Below, piece by piece: positions 1-8,275 of a stretch of DNA of 56,952 bases. Position 1 is the first letter of the stretch, and every line of letters starts with the position of its first letter. The position numbers and the translations under genes are program-made. The DNA comes from Chlamydiota bacterium (lineage in GTDB: Bacteria; Chlamydiota; Chlamydiia; Chlamydiales; SM23-39). The notes beneath the pieces are model-generated. The model was not told the origin of the DNA, searched no databases, and saw only the letters and a program-made list of their open reading frames with translations. The stretch is taken from contig JBCAXK010000006.1 in the NCBI GenBank assembly GCA_038534095.1, positions 1 through 56,952 of the forward strand. The letters run 5' to 3'.

Positions 1-334
1 CTTTTTATCTCTATAGAAATTTTTCATCAAAATCTCATTGAGGTATCGAACTGCGCAGCTTAATTTTTACAGAAGAAAGATCCTCGCTTCCACATTCATT
101 TGCCGTTAAAGAGCGCACAACATGGGAAGGGTCTATCTTTTTTTCATAAAGAGGCAAAGCTGGTCTCCCTGTTTTTAGTATAGAGAAAATGTTCACAAGA
201 GCCTGATGAAGATCTTTACTTACCGGTCATGAAGAGGCTTTTACGATTTCATCATGAATGTTGGATAGATATACTTTTTAGCTAGGGATACAGGCTTACT
301 GAAGAAAAAGATTTTACCCGGGAAAAAAGAGTTA

Positions 335-407
335 TGGAGCGTAACGGAATCGAACCGTTGACCTCAACAATGCCATTGTTGCGCTCTACCAACTGAGCTA
401 ACGCCCC
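335..407 (-). tRNA. tRNA-Ala(GGC)
   Basis: Reverse complement reads GGGGCGTTAGCTCAGTTGGTAGAGCGCAACAATGGCATTGTTGAGGTCAACGGTTCGATTCCGTTACGCTCCA. It folds as a cloverleaf with GGC anticodon, the G3:U70 Ala identity pair and A32-U38. CCA is not encoded. Confidence 0.97.
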
Positions 408-429
408 TTGCAATCGAAGGCTTGTTTAG

Positions 430-459
430 AGTATACCGTTTGATTAGGAATTTTCTCAA
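430..459 (-). promoter_or_regulatory. sigma66/sigma70-type promoter for tRNA-Ala
   Basis: TTGAGA-N18-TATACT on the minus strand, just upstream of the tRNA. Confidence 0.6.
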
Positions 460-476
460 TCAAAGAGGAGGGTTTC

Positions 477-1652
477 TTGTTCCTGAAAAATACCTTCACC
501 CTACTGGGACTGCTCTTTTTTCTGAGCGTGATCACAAGGTTGCCTGCCCCTTTCCTCCATTACGCCCGCTCTACAACAGTTGACGTTCTCTCATCCCCTT
601 TTTCTTGGGGAGAAACAGCGCGCCGGTCTTTCCGCTCTAAAGATAGGCGCCGTAGCGACGCCCTTGAAGAAGAAAATGCTCGCCTTCTTGCAGAAAATTA
701 TACCCTTCGATCGCAAATGAGCTCGGTTTACGAGTGGCTTTTATTTGACGCTCGGATTGAAGAGCAAACAAAAAGACTCAGGTCGCTTCAAGAAAATGAA
801 ACTCTTGATGGAGAAATCTACTGGAGAGAGTTTTTTCAAAGACGTTCTGAAGAACTAAAAAATCTTTTAGAAAAACATACGCAAGCTCTAAGCGCAAAAG
901 TGATTTATCGGCAGCCCTTCTCTTGGGGTAGTAGCCTCTGGATCAATGTGGGCGCAAAAGACAACGCCCTTTTAGAAAGAGAAATTGTTTCGAAGAATAG
1001 CCCTGTGATTGTAGGTGGCAACTTAGTCGGAGTCGTTGAGTATGTTTCTGAGCAAAAAAGTCGGGTCCGACTGATCACCGACTCGGGATTTATCCCGTCT
1101 GTTCGGGCCCACCGAGGAAAAACACAAGACGGGGAGCTCCTCGAGCTTCTTCACGCGCTATCCATTCGTTTACAGTCGAGAAAAGATCTGTCTGCAGAGA
1201 TGCTTTTGGCTTTTCAATCTTTGCAGAAACATCTTCTAACCACAAAGAAAGATCTGCGCCTTGCAAAAGGAGAGATTAGAGGCGCGTCTAGCAGCCTTTG
1301 GAGCCGCTCTCCCTGCCTTTTGCGCGGGATTGGTTTTAACTACGATTATGCTGATGAGGAGGGAGTAGAGCGTGACCTGCGTACAGGAAAAGCGTTAAGT
1401 AGCGCTGAAACGCCTACTTGTCCTATTTTGAAAGAGGGAGATCTTTTGGTCACTACCGGTTTAGACGGAGTATTTCCCGAAGGGCTTTTTGTGGGGATTG
1501 TGACCAAAGTGGCTCCTTTAGAGCCAGGAGATTTTTATTACCGGTTAGAAGCAGAGCCCACTTGTCAGAATTTGTCCCACCTTTCTTCTGTTTTTGTTCT
1601 TCCTCCTGTGACAAATGGAGATTACGTAAGCTTCTCTAATGCTTCTTTTTAG
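477..1652 (+). CDS. mreC: Rod shape-determining protein MreC
   Basis: N-terminal TM, coiled coil (LEEENARLLAEN), and MreC motifs AKVIYR, INVG, LVGVV..SRVRLITD and GDLLVTTGLDGVFPEGLFVG. Confidence 0.88.
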   Translation: MFLKNTFTLLGLLFFLSVITRLPAPFLHYARSTTVDVLSSPFSWGETARRSFRSKDRRRSDALEEENARLLAENYTLRSQMSSVYEWLLFDARIEEQTKRLRSLQENETLDGEIYWREFFQRRSEELKNLLEKHTQALSAKVIYRQPFSWGSSLWINVGAKDNALLEREIVSKNSPVIVGGNLVGVVEYVSEQKSRVRLITDSGFIPSVRAHRGKTQDGELLELLHALSIRLQSRKDLSAEMLLAFQSLQKHLLTTKKDLRLAKGEIRGASSSLWSRSPCLLRGIGFNYDYADEEGVERDLRTGKALSSAETPTCPILKEGDLLVTTGLDGVFPEGLFVGIVTKVAPLEPGDFYYRLEAEPTCQNLSHLSSVFVLPPVTNGDYVSFSNASF

Positions 1653-1706
1653 GAAAAATACTTGTTTCTTTGATATCCAAATCACTTTAGAATCATTTCA
1701 ACATTT

Positions 1707-2534
1707 TTGGTGATGATGATGGTTAGATTAGAAATAGTCTCAGGTTTAGATGCCTACCCTTGGAAAATTAGTCCCCATCGTCCCTTTAGTCCAGCGCTTT
1801 TTCCAGAAAAAATCACAATTTATACGATTCCCTCTGAACTGTTTGCGAAAAATTTATCCAATTTGTTGGCTACCTTAACAAAAGATAATTCGGCCAGTCG
1901 ATTTAGTAAGATAGTTATCTATACTTTAGGAAAAAATCAAAATAATTGGCAAATTATCCACTGTAATCGCGATGAGAATCCTTTAAACGGGCCGATTCTT
2001 ATTACCAAGCTACGTATGCAGCCAAATAGCGTCTTCCCAAGTGATGGATTTCTAGTAAGGAATAACAAGTGGTATCTTGAAGAAATGGATTGGTGCCTAG
2101 TAAAAAAAGAACGTAGGAAAAATCCTCTCTGCTCCTCTTTGCGTTCTGTTGCCATCGGAATCAGCTCCAAATGTACCGTGTTTGGGGACATGCTATCAGA
2201 TGGAGATAAGATAAAAATCAAGAAGTGTGGATACTTTTCGATGATCGCAGCAGATCAATTAACAAAAATTTGGCTTGTAACTGTAGCCCCTAAATTTATG
2301 GATCAGTTTTCTTTTGTGAAAAAACAATTGCCTGAGTTTGTTTTTTTGGACCTTCCCGATCATTATTTCAAAATCGATGATACTATGAAAAAAGCGGTTG
2401 TTAAACCGGGATATGAGGGCCTAGCGAAAACCATGTGGAAGAAAGCTGCTTACGATTCTCCTAAAATTGCATACAAAACCTGCCCTCACGCAGCGCAGCG
2501 CAGGTTGAATTTCGAATTAGACAGAAAATGTTAG
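1707..2534 (+). CDS. Hypothetical protein (orphan; true start probably one of the ATGs near 1713-1719)
   Basis: 275-codon ORF filling the gap between genes; no motif recognised. Confidence 0.65.
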   Translation: MVMMMVRLEIVSGLDAYPWKISPHRPFSPALFPEKITIYTIPSELFAKNLSNLLATLTKDNSASRFSKIVIYTLGKNQNNWQIIHCNRDENPLNGPILITKLRMQPNSVFPSDGFLVRNNKWYLEEMDWCLVKKERRKNPLCSSLRSVAIGISSKCTVFGDMLSDGDKIKIKKCGYFSMIAADQLTKIWLVTVAPKFMDQFSFVKKQLPEFVFLDLPDHYFKIDDTMKKAVVKPGYEGLAKTMWKKAAYDSPKIAYKTCPHAAQRRLNFELDRKC

Positions 2535-2649
2535 AGTTCGACCTAAAAATGGGATGCCCGCATCAGCGATTGCCCAAAGCGGGCTTTTGGAGAAATCGCC
2601 GGAAATCCCTGGAGAGCCTACTTAAGTCTAGATGAAAGTAGTGCAAGAG

Positions 2650-2704
2650 AAGTGTGGAAGAAGTCTGGAGAAAGTCTAGAGTAAGTTTGGTGGAAGTCTG
2701 GTCT
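2650..2704. repeat. Degenerate tandem repeat, 5 x 11 bp (AAGTnTRGnnn)
   Basis: Units AAGTGTGGAAG / AAGTCTGGAGA / AAGTCTAGAGT / AAGTTTGGTGG / AAGTCTGGTCT. A sixth, out-of-phase copy AAGTCTAGATG starts at 2624. Confidence 0.75.
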
Positions 2705-2707
2705 ACT

Positions 2708-3772
2708 TTATAAAATTCCAAAAACCTTAGAGCGAAGATCTTCTTTAGATTGCCTCGGTCCAAATGCGTACGCATAGAGCTTTTTTTGCGCAGATTGTAA
2801 GTTCCAACTCCGCAAATGGTTTTCAATCGTGGGAAAAAGTTGTTCCTTTTCTTCTTTGAGTACAATGCCCCCTTGATGAAGCTGCTTTACGCAGTCAGGC
2901 GTGTTGTCTGGAAGAGAATCGAAGAAAAATAACGGTTTCTCAAAGTAGAGCGCATCATACCCAACAGAGGAGTAATCGCCGATATAGGCATCTACCCGGT
3001 CGAGTAGCGGGTACATACACGGAAAGTCTTCAACAATCTGCACACGTTTAGGAAACTGTTCGGGAAGAACAGAAAAAAACTGCGCGGGAGCGGTCTCTTC
3101 AATCAGAGGGTGGGGCTTGATGAGCAGGGACATATCTTCAGGTAGATATTCGATCAACTCTTCCACACGATCAAAGAAAGAAGAGAGATTCTCGTAATCA
3201 TTCCAAGTCGGCGCGTAAAGTAGCGTATAGGTTGTCTTTGGTAAATGGGAAAAAATTTTCTTATCCATCAGATCCTGATAAAACGTCCGGTTTTCTAGAT
3301 AAAATTCCAAACGGTAATTTCCTGTGATCGCGTAAGGGGGAAGAGAGTCCCAGTGGTTTTGTTGTTTTAATCGATCGATCATATGCTGACCATAAAGGAG
3401 TACGCCGTCTTGCGTTTTCATATGTTCTAGCAAAGAATTGTCGAGATGTCCTTTGTCAGAATTGCCGTGGGGGCAGTAAATGAGCTTCACCTCTTTACCG
3501 AGAAGCTCTGCAAAATAGCTCACAAATCGCGCGCTATTGAATGTGCAGCGGAAAAGAACATCGTATTCTTGCGCCATTTTTTCGTATACGACATTTGTTC
3601 GATCTTGATAGAAGGTAGAAACCATGGGATAAAACTCTTTTCCCAAGGAGAAATTTTTCTCTTCTGTAATCATTAGAGGTATGTCTAATAACGCCGCGAG
3701 TGGGGCAATATGGTCTAAAATGTGATGATTGAATCCCATCAATACGGCAAGATATTTTTTCTCTTCGTTCAC
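2708..3772 (-). CDS. CDP-glycerol glycerophosphotransferase (TagB/TagF-like) family protein, paralog 3
   Basis: Motifs PHGNSDK, YAPTW, KPHP and GDYSSVGYD. Start moved to the GTG at 3772, which follows a GAGGG SD. Confidence 0.8.
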   Translation of the reverse strand: MNEEKKYLAVLMGFNHHILDHIAPLAALLDIPLMITEEKNFSLGKEFYPMVSTFYQDRTNVVYEKMAQEYDVLFRCTFNSARFVSYFAELLGKEVKLIYCPHGNSDKGHLDNSLLEHMKTQDGVLLYGQHMIDRLKQQNHWDSLPPYAITGNYRLEFYLENRTFYQDLMDKKIFSHLPKTTYTLLYAPTWNDYENLSSFFDRVEELIEYLPEDMSLLIKPHPLIEETAPAQFFSVLPEQFPKRVQIVEDFPCMYPLLDRVDAYIGDYSSVGYDALYFEKPLFFFDSLPDNTPDCVKQLHQGGIVLKEEKEQLFPTIENHLRSWNLQSAQKKLYAYAFGPRQSKEDLRSKVFGIL

Positions 3773-4034
3773 TGCAATACCCTCAAGTAGATCATTGGCC
3801 CTAAAGAATAGCACAGAAAAATGATTGCTTGCACCTCACAACATTCTTGCTAACCAAGAAAGGTTTTGAGGAAGAGATCTACCAGCTTTGCTCGATACAG
3901 CGCGAAAAAGGGTCTTTCGTTTTTACTTACGTTAGGTAGTCATTTTCTCTCGATACAACCTGTAAGGAGCCGTGTTTATGTGCTTAGTGTCCCTATTCAA
4001 TGTGCCAGAGCTATGAAAAGGGTTTTTACGCGCT

Positions 4035-5129
4035 TCAGACACGAGTTTTTAAAAGAGTGAGTATTTCTTCGAGAAGTTGCTGTTGTTTTGTTCTAAATGG
4101 AACAAACGATCCGTAGATCTTTTCGTAAAGATCGGTTTTTTGGGAGCACTTTTCCCATGTTTGTTGCGCAACTTGCTCCATATGTTTTGCCTCCTTTTCC
4201 TCATTGTGTAGAGAGAGCACCTCACCATACTGTTGGAGAAAAAGGGCGGGATGGGCTATGTCTAATCCAGGTGGCCGAATAAAAAACATTGGACGGTTGA
4301 AGGTGAGGTAATCATATCCTACAGAAGAGACGTCGCCTAAAAAAATGTCCGATTTTTCTAAGATGGGATAGATGCAAGGAAACTCGGTCACAATTTTGAC
4401 AGAAGGGGCCTCTTCATAACGGCTTAGAATTTGATACAAAGAGGCAATGCGATCCTTTTCTTGCCATGGATGGAGCTTCACAACCACGGAAAAGTAGCGA
4501 GGAAGTACCTGAAAGACAAAGCGTTCTACTTGGTATAGGGAGGAAGAAAACGCGCCTATTTTCCAGCTAGGAGCGTAGAGAAGGATTGGTTTTTTTTCAG
4601 AAAATTCAGAAAAAATTTCTCTGTTTGCGATCTCATCGAAGAAGGCTTTGTGGGCGAGGTAGTAGCTGTAACGGAGGTTTCCCATCAATAGGAACGAAGA
4701 CAAGTTTGCTCCTTGATCGTGAAGATGTTCTTCCATCGATTTCCCGTAAAGAAGAGTGATGTCGTTTTGCTGATAATCTTTCCAACTGTTTTCCAAAAAC
4801 TGTTTGTCTGAGTAACCGTGAGGAGTAAAAATGGTACGTACGTTTTTTCTAGCACTCAGGGGGTAGTTTTCAATGAGCGCTTTAGGCCAGGGGAAACTGT
4901 GGATAAGGACGTCGTAATGGTCGGTAAAATACCCAGGATGAAAGTGAGAAACAGGAACGAGTTCTGTTTTGATCTTAGGGTAAAAGCGTTTTACAAAGGC
5001 GACTTCTTCTTCATGAGGAGAAAGGTAGGGAGCGTTAAAGAGGGCGCAAAGAGGCGCTAAATGGTCGATGTGGTGGGGACAACCTGCGCGGGAAATAGCA
5101 GCAAACGTATTTTCGATACGATCATTCAT
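4035..5129 (-). CDS. CDP-glycerol glycerophosphotransferase (TagB/TagF-like) family protein, paralog 2
   Basis: Motifs PHGYSDK, YAPSW, KLHP and GDVSSVGYD. The ATG at 5129 overlaps the upstream TGA (ATGA coupling). Confidence 0.8.
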   Translation of the reverse strand: MNDRIENTFAAISRAGCPHHIDHLAPLCALFNAPYLSPHEEEVAFVKRFYPKIKTELVPVSHFHPGYFTDHYDVLIHSFPWPKALIENYPLSARKNVRTIFTPHGYSDKQFLENSWKDYQQNDITLLYGKSMEEHLHDQGANLSSFLLMGNLRYSYYLAHKAFFDEIANREIFSEFSEKKPILLYAPSWKIGAFSSSLYQVERFVFQVLPRYFSVVVKLHPWQEKDRIASLYQILSRYEEAPSVKIVTEFPCIYPILEKSDIFLGDVSSVGYDYLTFNRPMFFIRPPGLDIAHPALFLQQYGEVLSLHNEEKEAKHMEQVAQQTWEKCSQKTDLYEKIYGSFVPFRTKQQQLLEEILTLLKTRV

Positions 5130-6121
5130 AAAGAGAGATATACCTCTTTTTTTAAGCTTTTTAAACAAACATTTTTTTGAAAAACGTGGTCTACAAAGGC
5201 TCTTTTTTTTTCCGAAGATACACCATCCTTGGCGTCTAGATCTTCTTTTATGCGCTGCATAGAGAGCATTTTTCCATAAGGAAAAAGAGCTCTTTTCCGT
5301 TTCTTCGTGAAGAAAAAAAGAGATTTTTTGAGGAGTAAGGCGTCGTAACCGATCGAAGATCCATCCCCAATGTACCCATCGACTTTTTCCAAAATGGGAT
5401 AAACCACAGGGATGTTTTCAAGAAAATAGATATTGGGCTTGGCATAGAAGTACTTCCAGCGAAGTAGCGTTAGTTCTTCCTTCAAGTAGGTATTGGGGTG
5501 GACTTTGACGAGCAAATCATAGTTTTTTGGGAAAGAAGCGATCAGCTTTTCTCCCCTTTCTAAAGAGAAATTGTTTTCATAGTCTTCCCAAGTAGGCGCG
5601 TAAAAAAAAGAGGGGGTTTGTTTCCGGTTTTGCGGAAGAAACCGAGAAAGAATTTTTCTGTAGAATAGCTTTTGCTCTTGGTAGTACTGTCTTCGATAAT
5701 CTCCAAGAAAAAAAAGGAAGGTTTTTTTCCCTCCTTTTAGGCGGGTGCGCATTTGCTCTCCATACACAAATACGTGCGTTTCTTGTGCAAGGAGGCGCAA
5801 GTTTTTTTTATCCGAATTTCCGTGGGGGCAAAAGAAAAAAATAGGACGTTTTTTGATCGAAGAGGGGAAAAGTAGGCTGTCTACGTAGGATTTGGGCATG
5901 CAAGAGATGATCCCATCATAGCCTTTGCTCAAGTAAGCTGGCAGGCGTAGCGGATCGATCCAATACGATGTCACCTCTGGATAAAACTCTTTGAGGGTCG
6001 ATTCCACATCTACGTCGCTTGTGATGAGAGGGATCTTAAAAAAATAGGCTAAAGGAGCTAAGTGATCGATGTAATGCATCTCTTGCCCGTAGATCAAACA
6101 TGCAAGCTTTTTCCCGCTCAT
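5126..6121 (-). CDS. CDP-glycerol glycerophosphotransferase (TagB/TagF-like) family protein, paralog 1
   Basis: Motifs PHGNSDK, YAPTW, KVHP and GDGSSIGYD. Confidence 0.8.
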   Translation of the reverse strand: MSGKKLACLIYGQEMHYIDHLAPLAYFFKIPLITSDVDVESTLKEFYPEVTSYWIDPLRLPAYLSKGYDGIISCMPKSYVDSLLFPSSIKKRPIFFFCPHGNSDKKNLRLLAQETHVFVYGEQMRTRLKGGKKTFLFFLGDYRRQYYQEQKLFYRKILSRFLPQNRKQTPSFFYAPTWEDYENNFSLERGEKLIASFPKNYDLLVKVHPNTYLKEELTLLRWKYFYAKPNIYFLENIPVVYPILEKVDGYIGDGSSIGYDALLLKKSLFFFTKKRKRALFPYGKMLSMQRIKEDLDAKDGVSSEKKRAFVDHVFQKNVCLKSLKKEVYLSL

Positions 6122-6155
6122 GTATACTTAAGCTCCAACATCTTTATGAGAAATC

Positions 6156-7178
6156 ATGATTCCGACCGACAAATTCAATGTACATCAATGGTTCCAAAAC
6201 AACAAACGATCCTTGCCTTGGAGAGAGGAAAAAACGGCCTACTCTGTTTGGGTTTCTGAAATCATGCTACAACAAACGCGGGCAGCTGTTGTTGTCCCCT
6301 ATTTTCTCCGCTGGATGGAGGCTTTTCCTTCGATCGAAACATTAGCAAAGGCTCCATTAGACCGGGTCATCAAATTTTGGGAAGGTTTAGGCTATTATCA
6401 AAGGGCGCGTAATCTCCATGAGGGGGCGAAGGAAATCGCTACGAAGCATTTGGGAATATTCCCCAAAACTCTTGAAGAGCTACGCCAAATTCGGGGCATT
6501 GGACCCTACACCGCAAATGCGATCCTGGCATTTGCGTATGGAGAAAAATGCATTCCTATTGATGGGAACGTAAAGCGCGTTCTTGCCCGCTACTTCTTTT
6601 TAGAGGAGGAAATCACCTCTAGGAAAATGCAAAAAACATTAGAGCATAATGGGCTTCTTATTGAAAAAGAAAGCTCCGATCCCTTGGGAGAAGCGCTCAT
6701 TGAACTGGGAGCTTTGATCTGCACAAAAAAACCTGCCTGTTTTGCCTGTCCTTTGCAAAGCGGCTGCCAAGCTTTTGCAAAAAAAGCCCAAGAAACTGTG
6801 CCCAGAAAAAAGAAAAAAACGGTATACGAACGATTAGAAAGGGCTGTCTTTTTGATCGAATATAAGGAGCAGCTTTTGGTGAAAAAAAACTCTGCAGGGG
6901 TCATGCAAGACCTGTTTGAATTCCCTTACGTTACTTGGAATAAAGATTTTTCATTAGAGGCTTTTTGTCAGGATTGGGGTCTTGTCATTAAAGAATCGAT
7001 GAGAAAACCTTCGGTTTTTCATACTTTTACAAAGTTTCGTGTGACGCTCTATCCATGGCATCTTCTGCTTAGGAAAAAGCCCCCTACACGTTCTTATAAC
7101 TTTAGAAAAAAACCGGAGCTAAGAACACTACCATTTTCTTCAGGGCATAAAAAAATTTTAGAGGAGAGTCTTTTGTGA
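6156..7178 (+). CDS. mutY: A/G-specific adenine glycosylase MutY
   Basis: LPWR, VWVSEIMLQQT, WEGLGYY, HhH GIGPYTA..IDGNV, Fe-S motif C-x6-C-x2-C-x5-C, and a C-terminal NUDIX-like domain. Confidence 0.96.
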   Translation: MIPTDKFNVHQWFQNNKRSLPWREEKTAYSVWVSEIMLQQTRAAVVVPYFLRWMEAFPSIETLAKAPLDRVIKFWEGLGYYQRARNLHEGAKEIATKHLGIFPKTLEELRQIRGIGPYTANAILAFAYGEKCIPIDGNVKRVLARYFFLEEEITSRKMQKTLEHNGLLIEKESSDPLGEALIELGALICTKKPACFACPLQSGCQAFAKKAQETVPRKKKKTVYERLERAVFLIEYKEQLLVKKNSAGVMQDLFEFPYVTWNKDFSLEAFCQDWGLVIKESMRKPSVFHTFTKFRVTLYPWHLLLRKKPPTRSYNFRKKPELRTLPFSSGHKKILEESLL

Positions 7179-8275
7179 TCATCATGCATTTAGAAGCATC
7201 GACTGGATGGGGAGGACAAGAGATGCGGATTTTAGAAGAGGCGACGGTGATGCGAAAACGGGGCTACAAAATCCTCCTTGTGGTAGAAAAAGGGGCGCTC
7301 TTAAAGAAACGGGCTGAAGAGCGGGGATTTTTGGTCTACGAATGTTCTTTTAGAAAGCGCTACTGGTGGAAAACGTTTTGGTACCTTCTCTACCTTCTTC
7401 GAAAAGAGCAGGTAGATATCCTCAACACCCACTCTTCTCTTGACGCTTGGATTGGAGGGTTTGTAGGCAAAGTACTAAGAAAGCCTGTGATCCGGACAAG
7501 ACATCTTTCAGCTCCGATCAAAAAAGGGTGGAATAGCAAGATTTTGTACAAGCTTTTAGCCGATTATGTCGTGACAACCTGCGAAGAGATGGTTCCTAAA
7601 ATCGTGGAGCAGGCAAGGCAAGCTAAGGGTCGTTGCCTGTCTATCCCGACAGGGATTCTTCCGGAAAACGTTGTTTATGACTTTGCTGAAAAGCGCTCTT
7701 GGGAGGAGCGATTTGGGATACAACCGACCGATTTTATCGTAGGAACAGCCTGTTTTATGCGCTCTTGGAAAGGCATCGAAGACCTGCTAGAAGCAGCCCA
7801 TTTATTAAAACAGGAGAAAAGGATCAAGTTTGTTCTTGTTGGCGGCGGCAATCAGGCCTATTACCAAAAACGAGCCGAAGAGCTTGGGTTAGGAGAAAGT
7901 GTCTTTTTTACCGGCCACCTTGAAAAACCCTTTTCTGCAATGGCCCTTTTTGACGTGTTTGTCCTTTTAAGTCGGGCCAATGAAGGAGTGTCTCAAGCGA
8001 GCTTACAAGCCGCTTTTTTAGGTTTAGGAAGGCCTCTCATTACAACGCGCGTCGGAGGGCTTCCAGAAGTTTGTCAGCATTTCAAAACGGGAATACAGGT
8101 GCCAACAAGGAGCCCTGCTGCGGTATCTGAGGCGATCTTGCGTCTAAAAAATGAAGAGGGGCTTACAAAGCGCTTAGGAAAAAGGGCAAAAGAGCTTGTT
8201 CTGAATAAATTCACACAAACATCCATGGCGGATCAGATTGAACAAATCTACCAAAAAATCAGAGCATCTTCATAA
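7175..8275 (+). CDS. Glycosyltransferase family 4 (GT-B)
   Basis: GWGGQE N-terminal motif, NTHSSLD, RTRH, KG, and EGVSQASLQA..ITTRVGGLPE. GTGA overlap with mutY. Confidence 0.9.
   Translation: MIIMHLEASTGWGGQEMRILEEATVMRKRGYKILLVVEKGALLKKRAEERGFLVYECSFRKRYWWKTFWYLLYLLRKEQVDILNTHSSLDAWIGGFVGKVLRKPVIRTRHLSAPIKKGWNSKILYKLLADYVVTTCEEMVPKIVEQARQAKGRCLSIPTGILPENVVYDFAEKRSWEERFGIQPTDFIVGTACFMRSWKGIEDLLEAAHLLKQEKRIKFVLVGGGNQAYYQKRAEELGLGESVFFTGHLEKPFSAMALFDVFVLLSRANEGVSQASLQAAFLGLGRPLITTRVGGLPEVCQHFKTGIQVPTRSPAAVSEAILRLKNEEGLTKRLGKRAKELVLNKFTQTSMADQIEQIYQKIRASS

Noticed and set aside
1-300. Minus-strand frame with protein-like stretches broken by TGA codons (possible recoding or pseudogene)
   Set aside because: Many conserved genes here end in TGA, so the code is standard. 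No homology is recognisable and the region is cut by the window edge.
2650-2704. 11-bp array as a mini-CRISPR
   Set aside because: Units are far too short, there are no spacers and no cas genes.
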